Virus record (IMG/VR): IMGVR_UViG_3300017956_006678 | Coordinates: 10,588 to 74,587 of that record | Reading direction: 5' to 3' (one strand) | Length of the DNA stretch: 64,000 bases | Source: a virus | Part shown: positions 56,001 to 64,000 of the stretch, one piece after another | Layout: each line of letters starts with the position of its first letter | Numbering within the stretch: position 1 is the stretch's first letter | Notes under the pieces: generated by a model | What the model was told of the DNA's origin: nothing | Database searches by the model: none | The model's input: only the letters and a program-made list of their open reading frames with translations | Program-made: the position numbers and the translations under genes

Positions 56001-57801
56001 TAGTGATGCAACGAACAATCAATTATTAAGACATTCATTTTCTTATGATGAAGAATTTATTAATAAATTTTCTGAATTGTCCAATTTTTTAAATATAGAT
56101 GATTTTTTAAATAAAACTTCAGATATTGCATACGGATCAACATCACTTGCTCGAGCTTATTTGCTTCATTTCTTAACAGTAAGACTATTTGCAACATCTC
56201 TATCTTTTTGCTTTAAAACAACAGGATTGGGCGAGGAAAAAGATAAAGAAAAACATCAAAAAAAGAGAGTAATATCAATACATTACAATATTGATCAATT
56301 TAAAGCAATGTATGACGCACTAAAAGGATTAGATCCGGAACCGGCAAAGTATAATGACGAATCTAAACCGGTTTATAAATTAGTGTTTGATAACGTTAAA
56401 AAAATTAGAGATTTTGCTTTAGGACATGTAGAATTTCATGACAAAGGCATGGTCATTGCACTCTCAGCTTTTAATAAAATAGAAGGTTACTTTAAAAAAG
56501 TAAGAGATCAAAACAGAGTATCACAATCTGATGATAATCAAACTTTGACAGCATCTTCATATCTGAACTCTTTAACAGATGACTTACAAAATCACAAATT
56601 CTTTGATTATTACAATATTGATCAGTTTAAATTAAATGCTGTTAGTTTACTAAAAATAATGTATCCATCAAAAAATAATTTTTATCTACCAGGCGGTAAA
56701 GATATAACTGATAATCAAATAGCTTGTATGCGTAAATTTTTCTCTTATAATCAAGAATACTCACCAGGTCAAATCCCTAGAAATAAATTTACGTCATCAA
56801 CTCAAGAAGAACTTAACTTAACAGCAAAAAAATACATACTACATGTTGGTATTACTAATAATATGTTAAGTACAATTAGAGAAGATCAAATCGCAAATAT
56901 TCAAGATACATCAGGAATAATATTAACTGGGGCGGAAAAAGGAGAGTTAAGAAAGTCTTTGAATAGAAATTCTATTATTAAAATTAATTTGTTTAGAAAA
57001 AACATGATGTCAGGTGAAGAAGTTTCAGTCAAAAGTTTCTTTTTTGACACCAGTAAATTTATTATTGAAAATATTGATCATCCGAAAGTAAGAGATATAC
57101 ATTCAAACTTAGCTAAATCAAATGTTAAATTAAGAGATTTTATTAAGTCACACAGATTTTATCATGTTGACAACACGATGAATATACATCGTATGTCTGC
57201 AGGACAAATATTTAATATGTCATCAGAAGATTCAAATGAAAATATGACTAATACAGAAAAAAATGATTTAATTATGAATCATTTAAATGATTATTATTTA
57301 AAAATGTATTGCAAGGCAATTTTAGGGATAGACTACGATGAAGACATATACCATTTTAATAATGCATTAGAAAAAACTCTATCACGAGGTTATGATACCG
57401 GGTTTAATGAAAAAAATTACATTACTGCTTTTGAACAGCCTATTAAACGTTTGATAAAAACGAATGATTTAAGTTATGCACAAGAAAGAAATAGAATTGA
57501 GTCAGAAGCGCAAAGATCTATATTTTTTGCACCTAGGAAATATCTAAATAGGTCAATTTTACCTAAAACTTTTGATAGAGTATTTTCTTTATATTTGAAC
57601 ATGAATGAATTAAGCACACCTGGAGATAATCAATTTGTCTTTTTAGATCAATTTTATTGTACAATTCAACTTACAACTAAAGTATTGATTCCTGGCGAAG
57701 TATCTTCACCTATAGATTTAAGTACACCTGCAATGCAAAGTGTCTTAAATAATTCATCAACAATAACACAAACAATCGCCGGAATGAATTTATTTAAATA
57801 G
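53095..57801 (+). CDS. Large hypothetical protein (1568 aa) with acidic N-terminus
   Basis: Long ORF in the structural operon; E/P-rich first ~180 aa; no recognisable domain. Confidence 0.65.
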   Translation: MGGFNLTTLDSNVSFQPGKLTVSGINAEEEETNTAVISNTEVALETSPDPAYEPPPTSSTYVSQEVKDLNPEVEQDPFDTVGETEEFYNEVEIYDPLNKGGGESARNPANIPDPGAIADYKEEQEEKEQEEESEEELDLPIDKDVIHEQLGITLETYLEEVAPTIYDTIPNSNDTYDSTSDNPSNTTYYRLKEKLNAEGFSEEFPQVIGMTEFKPLFSFIEANDPRSISTSDLSKIIESLDLKETPANKLLEIQTHVKRICGKNTRQLFNIFNKSFTNNRYKNSPYTNVRTFINDLNNLDQETKFMRDISYNFLDDTFSIEEIVQSLKNNGKSKGTNIAVFIKGNSNNPYVLAVLRYYILINFAKSIMSLLQKKIEGRGSFLNSFYDDVVVNSDIVDSDLKRVFNDLGLSINDFNNFLSNIFVQDLPTSANIARLVKAIHAIGSGMITSKEYKIYNNDNLDEANGLVVESIKSFLDHSRKMKYESFLKHAYNNNSYTTNSSLEESQTDPTSAISILSPYLFDKELDINSYTQITRALIPLVYDIKNTISFGKNTNDTDNDKDSQINLIENHLHPDGISSSEIYNNKSTNINTSKDVMKYFDKSIDINFSTDPNITESIINTTDFSKLVYQNHDDKTILIADNNGIIHKDETSAIGDDNIQSLREFAFSLDDFSGDKINDVYSHVQSSVTNMTKQFKDNYAVKNLSEYSHIPEDYFTNFFDNLAEMIQDLRFLNTTSDTRLMEAIALTYAGVSKKINKKTFIASLVLHHNIKLGDARQFFNMYADNLLDSMVVADELVDTFINNESFISKSNNGNDFREAALIKVHNKQAFYGGEINTSTEASTDYYDYVRRSVFDYLFTRYYDKLIPGTQLTVGGGNQDDDAGEQSNLNQVFLDAVYKDLKKDKKRTYDGDEGNLEYIWDASSEDKTQKMGTPKTIDLSVPSKSDTEYNVGGSWTVTKINQPFKRMFSISDATNNQLLRHSFSYDEEFINKFSELSNFLNIDDFLNKTSDIAYGSTSLARAYLLHFLTVRLFATSLSFCFKTTGLGEEKDKEKHQKKRVISIHYNIDQFKAMYDALKGLDPEPAKYNDESKPVYKLVFDNVKKIRDFALGHVEFHDKGMVIALSAFNKIEGYFKKVRDQNRVSQSDDNQTLTASSYLNSLTDDLQNHKFFDYYNIDQFKLNAVSLLKIMYPSKNNFYLPGGKDITDNQIACMRKFFSYNQEYSPGQIPRNKFTSSTQEELNLTAKKYILHVGITNNMLSTIREDQIANIQDTSGIILTGAEKGELRKSLNRNSIIKINLFRKNMMSGEEVSVKSFFFDTSKFIIENIDHPKVRDIHSNLAKSNVKLRDFIKSHRFYHVDNTMNIHRMSAGQIFNMSSEDSNENMTNTEKNDLIMNHLNDYYLKMYCKAILGIDYDEDIYHFNNALEKTLSRGYDTGFNEKNYITAFEQPIKRLIKTNDLSYAQERNRIESEAQRSIFFAPRKYLNRSILPKTFDRVFSLYLNMNELSTPGDNQFVFLDQFYCTIQLTTKVLIPGEVSSPIDLSTPAMQSVLNNSSTITQTIAGMNLFK

Positions 57802-57811
57802 AGAGAAAATT

Positions 57812-59938
57812 ATGCCTACAGAAGAATTGTATGACGAAGGATATACGTCAGATGAAATGAAAGAGCTAACTGCAGAAGAGCTTAAAACACTACAGACATA
57901 TCAATTTCTTCAACAACGAGATATATCTGTTGCTATAACATTAAATGCAACAAATGTTAGTGAAAGAAATATAACTTATGCTGTAAGTGATGAATCATCG
58001 CCAACAAGAGCATTAACAATTGTCGATCTTCCTGAAGTTAGTTTAGATCCTAATAGCGTTGAATTTGTTTACAATCGATTTGAAAAAAGTGAAAGACTAA
58101 GTAGAAATAATCCTTCATTAGCGCAACAAGACGAAAAAATATTGAGCACAAATGATGCCATAGCAAAATTTAATCTTAAATCTAGATATATAGCTCCACC
58201 TAGATATATCAAGATGAATTATTCAGGCAATGTTTCAGATGAGTTTTCTGCTGATTTAGTAGATATTAATAAATTTGCATTGACGTCAGGTGGAACTATC
58301 GATAGACCTAGTTTCAAAGGTAAAATATCTGATATTATTAATGATATTAATCCAGATCAGATTCTTGTTGAAGGGGGTTTGTACAGTTACTATTATTCTG
58401 GGACAGAGTTAATAGACACAGGTTTGGATAAAAAATATTTAAAATTTGTTGAAAATTTTTCTAAAATTGATAATGATATAAGGAATGTTGACCCTAGAAA
58501 AAGAAGTCGTACAAAAAAAGTTAGAGAAATGATAGAAGAGTTAAAAGAAAATGATCAGCTATCAGACAAAGACTTATTTTCAGAAGTTTTAAAATTACTT
58601 AGTCAAAAAAATGTAAATAAACTTTCAGACAAAGAAGAATTAATGAATCAAATCAGAGCTTTAAGTCATTCGTTGGCTTTTAGTAATTTATGTTTTGATA
58701 AAATCATTAAAGCTAGTTTAGATTCTAGGACGTCTTTATATGAAGATGAGTTAAGATCTTATAAAGGAATTACAAAAGATGTGTACGATTCAGTTATAAC
58801 CTCTATACAAGCTGAAACCATGCAAGGAAGTGACTTTGAAACACAAATAGGTTCAACATATCTTTACGACTATGAAGTTTTAGATGATTTAGTTCAGGCT
58901 AGAAATGGAGAAGATGAAGAAGGCATAATTGCTGGTGTCGTTCATATTGGATATCTAATTGAACGTGTTGAAGTCATTAGAGATCAAGTAACTTTTTTAG
59001 ATCCTGTAATTAAAGGATTGAATTTTACAGAATTTATTGATGTTGATGTTGCATATGGTGGGACATATATTTATAAAGTAAGAAACTTATTTTTGGTAGA
59101 GTATGATTGCATATCAGATTCAGGACAATTTTTAAGAGCTTCTTTTGTCATTGCTTCACAAGGAAAAACAGTTATCAAATCTTGCTTTGAAAATCAGTCT
59201 CCCAAACCGCCTCAATCAGTAAAATTCAAATATGATCATAAAAATAAAGGATTGTTAATATCATGGGAATTTCCACCAAATCCGCAAGGAGATATAAAAT
59301 ATTTTCAGGTGTTTAGAAGAAATTCAATTAATGAGCCCTTTCAATTAATAAAATACTATGATTTTGATGACACAATAGGTAAGGTAAGACAGCGTGAATA
59401 CCCAAGTAGAAAAGAATATATACGTTTGTCTAAAAACGGTGAAACATATGCTTTGACAAACTGTATTGATTATGAATTTAATAAAAAAAGCGAGGCAATA
59501 TATGCTGTGGGCTGTGCTGATGCGCATGGTTTAATATCAAATTTAAGTGCGCAATTTAGAGTAAAATACAATAATAAAAACAGAAAAGTTGATACACAGC
59601 TAGTAGTAACTTCAGGAACTCCTAGACCTTACCCTAATTTATTTTTAAATGTCGATACTGTACAGGACGCAATGAAAATATCAGGAAAGAATAGAATGAC
59701 AGTTTACTTTACGCCTGACGTGTACAAAACTTTTAAAGGGAGTCAGGCACCTAAAAAGTTTATTTCAACTACTGAAACTGATAATCCAACTTATAAATTT
59801 AATTTCGTTAACACAGACTTACAAAAGAGTAAAATGTTAAATATAACCATTAAAGATGTGTCGACGTCTAATGATTCGTTAGGTGTTCCTTATCTTGAAC
59901 CTAACAATTTAAGTTTTTCTTTGACGAAAAATGAATAA
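57812..59938 (+). CDS. Virion protein with FN3-like domains
   Basis: FIDVDVAYGGTYIYKVR, PKPPQSV...LISWEFP...IKYFQVFRR, YAV...DAHGLISNLS. Confidence 0.65.
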   Translation: MPTEELYDEGYTSDEMKELTAEELKTLQTYQFLQQRDISVAITLNATNVSERNITYAVSDESSPTRALTIVDLPEVSLDPNSVEFVYNRFEKSERLSRNNPSLAQQDEKILSTNDAIAKFNLKSRYIAPPRYIKMNYSGNVSDEFSADLVDINKFALTSGGTIDRPSFKGKISDIINDINPDQILVEGGLYSYYYSGTELIDTGLDKKYLKFVENFSKIDNDIRNVDPRKRSRTKKVREMIEELKENDQLSDKDLFSEVLKLLSQKNVNKLSDKEELMNQIRALSHSLAFSNLCFDKIIKASLDSRTSLYEDELRSYKGITKDVYDSVITSIQAETMQGSDFETQIGSTYLYDYEVLDDLVQARNGEDEEGIIAGVVHIGYLIERVEVIRDQVTFLDPVIKGLNFTEFIDVDVAYGGTYIYKVRNLFLVEYDCISDSGQFLRASFVIASQGKTVIKSCFENQSPKPPQSVKFKYDHKNKGLLISWEFPPNPQGDIKYFQVFRRNSINEPFQLIKYYDFDDTIGKVRQREYPSRKEYIRLSKNGETYALTNCIDYEFNKKSEAIYAVGCADAHGLISNLSAQFRVKYNNKNRKVDTQLVVTSGTPRPYPNLFLNVDTVQDAMKISGKNRMTVYFTPDVYKTFKGSQAPKKFISTTETDNPTYKFNFVNTDLQKSKMLNITIKDVSTSNDSLGVPYLEPNNLSFSLTKNE

Positions 59939-59963
59939 AATAAACATTTTTTTTCTTACCATT

Positions 59964-59981
59964 ATAATTACTATATAAATA
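59964..59981 (+). promoter_or_regulatory. Possible late promoter (ATAATTA and T4-like TATAAATA)
   Basis: ATAATTA at 59964-59970 and TATAAATA at 59974-59981 in a 58-nt intergenic gap, followed by a GGAG SD. Confidence 0.35.
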
Positions 59982-59996
59982 ATTCGGAGACATAAC

Positions 59997-60734
59997 ATGG
60001 GATTTTTAGATCACAGTACAAACAACATTATCGTTGATGCTGTTTTGACTAGAAAAGGAAGAGAATTTCTAGCAAATAATGATGGAAGTTTTAGTATTGT
60101 TAAATTTGCTTTAGGCGATGACGAAGTCGACTATACAGTTATTGAACAATATGGAAGAACCGTTGGTAAAGAAAAAATAGAGAAGAATACTCCTATTTTT
60201 GAAGGTTTAACAAATGGAGCTCAGGCTTTGAAACACAGATGTTTGAGTTTATCACCTGCAACTTTTGGTGGTGCACTTTATTATCCTGTACCTAGCTTCT
60301 TTGGAGATAGTAATTTAATTAATAATAACGTTTTAAAACTAAGTACAATTAATCAAACACTTAAAGATTTTAATTTTAGATTAACTATGGAAGATGAGAC
60401 ATCAATCCCTGAAGATTTTCAATCAGGAAATTTTGAAATATTATTAGATAGTAATCTTTTATTGCTTAGTGGTGAAGTTGCTGAATTTACATATCCAGAT
60501 GGAACAGCTTCATATGAAATACCTCCATCAACAACTTCAAATAGTAGGGTTGCTATTAATCCAACATTAGCAATAAAAAGAAGTTTGACCAGTTCTTCAA
60601 CATTTAGTTTCTATAAAGTCAAGTCTGAATCTTTTATAAGAACTTTTGTTACATTGAGACATAGAAATAGTGGTATATCAAAAACCATAGAGGTACAAAT
60701 ATTTAACACAGCGATTAGCTCTAGAGGAATTTAA
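59997..60734 (+). CDS. Virion structural protein with a tail-collar-like N-terminus
   Basis: DAVLTRKGREFLA...IVKFALGDDEVDY...IE..PIFE. Confidence 0.7.
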   Translation: MGFLDHSTNNIIVDAVLTRKGREFLANNDGSFSIVKFALGDDEVDYTVIEQYGRTVGKEKIEKNTPIFEGLTNGAQALKHRCLSLSPATFGGALYYPVPSFFGDSNLINNNVLKLSTINQTLKDFNFRLTMEDETSIPEDFQSGNFEILLDSNLLLLSGEVAEFTYPDGTASYEIPPSTTSNSRVAINPTLAIKRSLTSSSTFSFYKVKSESFIRTFVTLRHRNSGISKTIEVQIFNTAISSRGI

Positions 60735-60744
60735 AGAGGGATAA

Positions 60745-61986
60745 ATGAGTTCATATAAAGATTTAACTGCGAACGACATAAAAACAACGACAACATTTCT
60801 AAATCAATTAGTTAACGTTGTTTCACAAGACGTTTCGTCATCAGCTTCGTCAAGTACAAGAAAAAGTTACCAAGTTTTTGTAACAGGTGGCGTAGGTCCA
60901 GGAATCACTTCTTCGTTATTCCAAACTGTTTTTGATCAAGATTTTTCATTACAAACATCAAATGCAATGTTTGATATGACAGTAGGATTATTCTCTGGGT
61001 CTGATACGGTTTCAGTTGCGACAACGGGTGAAGATGCTAACGGTAAAATACTCTTTACATCAAAATCAGTGATGATGAGAGAAAAAATTAATGTTTATAG
61101 ACAATATGCACAATTCCTTTTAGGTGACGCTGATTCAAGATTTGCAGCTCCTTTTGGATCAAGCACGACAGCAAATCAAATTGATGAAGCAATGTTCTTA
61201 TCATTTAAGAGGCTTTTTCATCGTGATGGAATTAAACGTGAAACATTTGCAATGAAATTTTTTCAAACAGGTGTTATGTCAAATCACGAGCAAAGTGGAC
61301 AACCGATAAGACCAACACTTGAAGTTACTTCTACAAGCGGATCAGTCATCTTTACTGACGTAGGATCATCAACAAATGTTGAAAGATCACAAGTTGGTGG
61401 GGATGTAGGTAATATTGTTGATGCATCTAATACTAATAGAACAGTTGGTAATATTTTCTATCAACAAGGTATTGTAGTTTTAGACTTAGCAAAAATAATA
61501 TCCGGATCACAACACGTTTCAGGTGTTATACCGGGTATGAGAAGCGGAACTTCTAGAGACTATGCATCAGGTGAAGTAGGAATTGGTACAGTTGATGAAT
61601 CGCAAAATGCTAAATACATTCCAGACTTTTTAGTATCAGGTTCTATTGATTCTATTGTAGATCACTTAGCATCAACAAGATTTGGAGACGGAAGCACAGT
61701 TGCTATGGCTTTTCAAAATGAAACTGCAATTAATTCAACATTGATATTCTGTAGAGCTGAAGCTGATGAATTTAATTTCTCATCAAACCCAACTTATACA
61801 AATGACTCAGGAAAGTTAAGAGTAATTGATACAGGACAAGAAAATCAACAACTTCCTTTCACAATGGTAACCACAGTCGGGTTGTACAATGAAGCTGACT
61901 CTCTCTTAGCAGTTGCAAAATTGAGTCGTCCTGTAGAAAAAAATGAAGAGAAAGATATTACATTCAGAGTACGACTTGACTTCTAA
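60745..61986 (+). CDS. Virion structural protein (tail/baseplate)
   Basis: VGNIFYQQG, FCRA...EFNFSSNPTY, TTVGLYNEADSLLAVAKLSRP...RVRLDF. Confidence 0.7.
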   Translation: MSSYKDLTANDIKTTTTFLNQLVNVVSQDVSSSASSSTRKSYQVFVTGGVGPGITSSLFQTVFDQDFSLQTSNAMFDMTVGLFSGSDTVSVATTGEDANGKILFTSKSVMMREKINVYRQYAQFLLGDADSRFAAPFGSSTTANQIDEAMFLSFKRLFHRDGIKRETFAMKFFQTGVMSNHEQSGQPIRPTLEVTSTSGSVIFTDVGSSTNVERSQVGGDVGNIVDASNTNRTVGNIFYQQGIVVLDLAKIISGSQHVSGVIPGMRSGTSRDYASGEVGIGTVDESQNAKYIPDFLVSGSIDSIVDHLASTRFGDGSTVAMAFQNETAINSTLIFCRAEADEFNFSSNPTYTNDSGKLRVIDTGQENQQLPFTMVTTVGLYNEADSLLAVAKLSRPVEKNEEKDITFRVRLDF

Positions 61987-61997
61987 TGGAGCATTAG

Positions 61998-64000
61998 ATG
62001 TCATTTATAAAACTTAATAAAAGCCTCTTCGAAACATCATCAATAATATTACGCAAAAATGTAACTTACACTAGTAGTTCTATTGATGGTGTTTCAAATG
62101 CTCTTAAATTATCAAAAAGAGAATTAGGCTTTAAAGAAGTAACACAAGATTCTGCAGTAGCTAATTATTCAGATAGTTCTATAACAAACGTAACAAATAG
62201 AACAAATGATAATGCGTATACAGGTTACTTACTGCTACCTAATTCTGAAGTTCCTGGTAATCCTAATCCATTTGACGGAAAAGGTGTAACACCTACAAAT
62301 ATACAACCCCAGTTATTTCAGGATTATACAGACTTACTCAATGTAGCTCCTGAAAATACGATGCGTTCTTATGTCACCGGTGTTTTCTATGATTATGACT
62401 CCAGATTTAAATCTCTAAGTATTCTAGGAGGATTAAGATCTTTTCCACAATTTATAGCTACTTATGTGGAAGGCACTACAATATCTAAGTCTACAGGATT
62501 AGCAAAACAAATTAATTCTGTTAATAATACAGATGCACTATATGCAGGGAATAAATCTGTACACGATTATGTTTTTGACCAAACACCCGACATTGATCCT
62601 TTTAGTATTTTTGAATTGCATGCTGACATTAATGATGGAAACTTAGATTTAAACGGATCTAAAGCTTTGTTTAAAAAAGCAGACTTTAAAAAGACGGTTA
62701 TTGACCACTTAATCCCACATTACAAAACTAATTACAATAATTGTGATTTTTCTTATACTAATTATAATTGCTTAAATTTCTTTTATGATTCCAATAGCGA
62801 TCACACAGGAAGAGAAGTTTTAGTATATAATTCTGGATATCCAAGTTATCTTGCAAACTATAATACAAATGGAACTTTAAATTCAAATGTGGCAGAATTT
62901 TTTGTTTCTTGTTGGGTTAATCCTAAGTATAAAAATAGCGAAGCAAATGGAGACATGAACACAGGAACAATTCTTCATATTTCTTCTTCACTAGCACTAT
63001 CAATTGTAACTGGTTCTCATAGAGATGAAGAAGGTTACGCTGATCGATATCGTTTAATGGTACAATTAAAACATAGCGCAGGAATTAATCCTTCCACTTT
63101 TTTAGTTACTGGTTCATCCAATAGAATAGATGATGGAAGATACCCGCACGACTTAATATATTTAACAGATGACAACTCAATTAAGAGAAATACATGGAAT
63201 TATGTGTCTGCAAAATGGGGATATACTAAAAATAGTCAGCAATTAACGTTAAGAATTAACGATAAAAAATATACATACACAGTTCCATCAGCAAGTATAT
63301 CAGAAAATAATGCTTTTGGCAATGAAGTTACGTCCGGAGTTCCCTATGCTTTTGTAGGAAATTATCATGATGGGGAAGCTTCAACAATTAAAAACTATTT
63401 TGATACTAATAAGTCCAAGATAGATTTTGCTAGATCTATAGGAGGTGCTACAGCACATGCAGTCCCTACTTTTGTTAATACACAGCATGTTAATCATTTG
63501 CAAGCAGAACTTCACGAGCTTAGAGTTCATGGTTCTTATTTGAGTGATACAACTGAAGAAAAATATCGTTATACAAGTTTTGATAATGCAAATTTTAATC
63601 ATCGAGTACACAATTTAAATCTATATATTCCAGGTTGGTATGATTCAAATATTCATAATTCACAATTAGAAGATTCGACAACTGGGCTTATTTTATTTAA
63701 TCCTGCATTATATGGCGGAAATTATTCTAAAAGTGATGGCTACGAATATCTGTACAATGGAGTCACAAATCCTTTTATGTCACATGGTATAGGAGGAAAA
63801 TACGTCAATCTTCACAATTTTACTAGTAATTTTTCTAGATCTAGATTATTTGAACGTCCGGCAAGCAATAATTATGGTTACACTAGACCAATACATTTCA
63901 ACATGTCAGCAAGTTTAATTGCGCATGTAACAGATACTAGTGCTGCCTTAGTATCGGTAAGAGATACACTAGCAAATCAAGATTCTATAATAAAGAGAAA
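61998..64000 (+). CDS. Virion protein with LamG-like domain (3' truncated by window edge)
   Basis: GGAG SD, ATG61998, MSFIKLNKSLFETSS...; FFVSCWVNP, TWNYVSAKW, AELHELRV; appears open to the window end, so absent from the ORF track. Confidence 0.75.
   Translation, partial: MSFIKLNKSLFETSSIILRKNVTYTSSSIDGVSNALKLSKRELGFKEVTQDSAVANYSDSSITNVTNRTNDNAYTGYLLLPNSEVPGNPNPFDGKGVTPTNIQPQLFQDYTDLLNVAPENTMRSYVTGVFYDYDSRFKSLSILGGLRSFPQFIATYVEGTTISKSTGLAKQINSVNNTDALYAGNKSVHDYVFDQTPDIDPFSIFELHADINDGNLDLNGSKALFKKADFKKTVIDHLIPHYKTNYNNCDFSYTNYNCLNFFYDSNSDHTGREVLVYNSGYPSYLANYNTNGTLNSNVAEFFVSCWVNPKYKNSEANGDMNTGTILHISSSLALSIVTGSHRDEEGYADRYRLMVQLKHSAGINPSTFLVTGSSNRIDDGRYPHDLIYLTDDNSIKRNTWNYVSAKWGYTKNSQQLTLRINDKKYTYTVPSASISENNAFGNEVTSGVPYAFVGNYHDGEASTIKNYFDTNKSKIDFARSIGGATAHAVPTFVNTQHVNHLQAELHELRVHGSYLSDTTEEKYRYTSFDNANFNHRVHNLNLYIPGWYDSNIHNSQLEDSTTGLILFNPALYGGNYSKSDGYEYLYNGVTNPFMSHGIGGKYVNLHNFTSNFSRSRLFERPASNNYGYTRPIHFNMSASLIAHVTDTSAALVSVRDTLANQDSIIKR

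Larger units (their letters stand above)
1..64000. mobile_element. Segment of a large contractile-tailed (jumbo myovirus-like) bacteriophage genome
   Basis: gp25-, gp6- and gp7-like baseplate genes, a gp55-like sigma factor, PhoH and a Cas4-like nuclease; dense co-directional ORFs with SD motifs; no cellular housekeeping operons and no integrase or att site seen. Confidence 0.9.

Noticed and set aside
1929-63611. Short minus-strand and nested ORFs in the track (e.g. 33034-33558, 46465-47106, 51544-51918, 5165-5401)
   Set aside because: They overlap longer, motif-bearing + strand genes and have no recognisable motifs; most are antisense shadows.
1-64000. Genome-wide stop-codon reassignment (TAG or TGA)
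   Set aside because: ORFs tile the window under code 11; the TAG stops I checked (152, 13006, 13893, 18213) hit another stop within a few codons, and TGA ends genes in ATGA overlaps. Only 45740 is anomalous.
1-64000. tRNA, rRNA, introns, inteins, IS elements or DGR
   Set aside because: Intergenic gaps are under about 70 nt, and no homing endonuclease, transposase, reverse transcriptase or intein motifs were recognised.

Overview
This window is part of a large, very AT-rich (roughly 27-29% GC by eye) tailed bacteriophage genome of jumbo-myovirus type. Genes are densely packed, almost all on the + strand, in standard code 11, with Shine-Dalgarno motifs. There are three blocks. (1) 1-4.1 kb is a host-physiology block: the C-terminus of a PrkA/YeaG protein, a degenerate GroEL-like protein, an Hc1 histone-H1-like protein, a stand-alone Cys-rich sigma-70 region-4 protein and a PIN-PhoH protein. 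(2) 4.1-29.8 kb is a 30-gene glycan locus: 7 clear and about 5 probable glycosyltransferases, HAD-NeuB-NeuA nonulosonic acid synthesis, a CST/GT42-like transferase, RmlB with an NRS/ER-type epimerase-reductase, UDP-glucose dehydrogenase, 5 methyltransferases, 3 2OG-Fe(II) dioxygenases, a radical SAM/SPASM enzyme and a pyruvyl transferase, with a Cas4-like nuclease inserted. It contains no recognisable flippase, polymerase or membrane enzyme. (3) 29.8-64 kb holds a gp55-like late sigma factor followed by baseplate and tail genes (spike-like, gp25, gp6, gp7-like, LamG/FN3 and fibre proteins). The best candidate for an undescribed system is cytoplasmic virion glycosylation, in which a subset of tail proteins carries a strongly recurring [S/T]-[G/A]-S tripeptide that may be the acceptor sequon. 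Other notable signals are a single in-frame TGA inside a tail gene, SD-sequestering hairpins overlapping shared promoters, and over-representation of CCGG. All calls come from motif recognition by eye; no searches were run.
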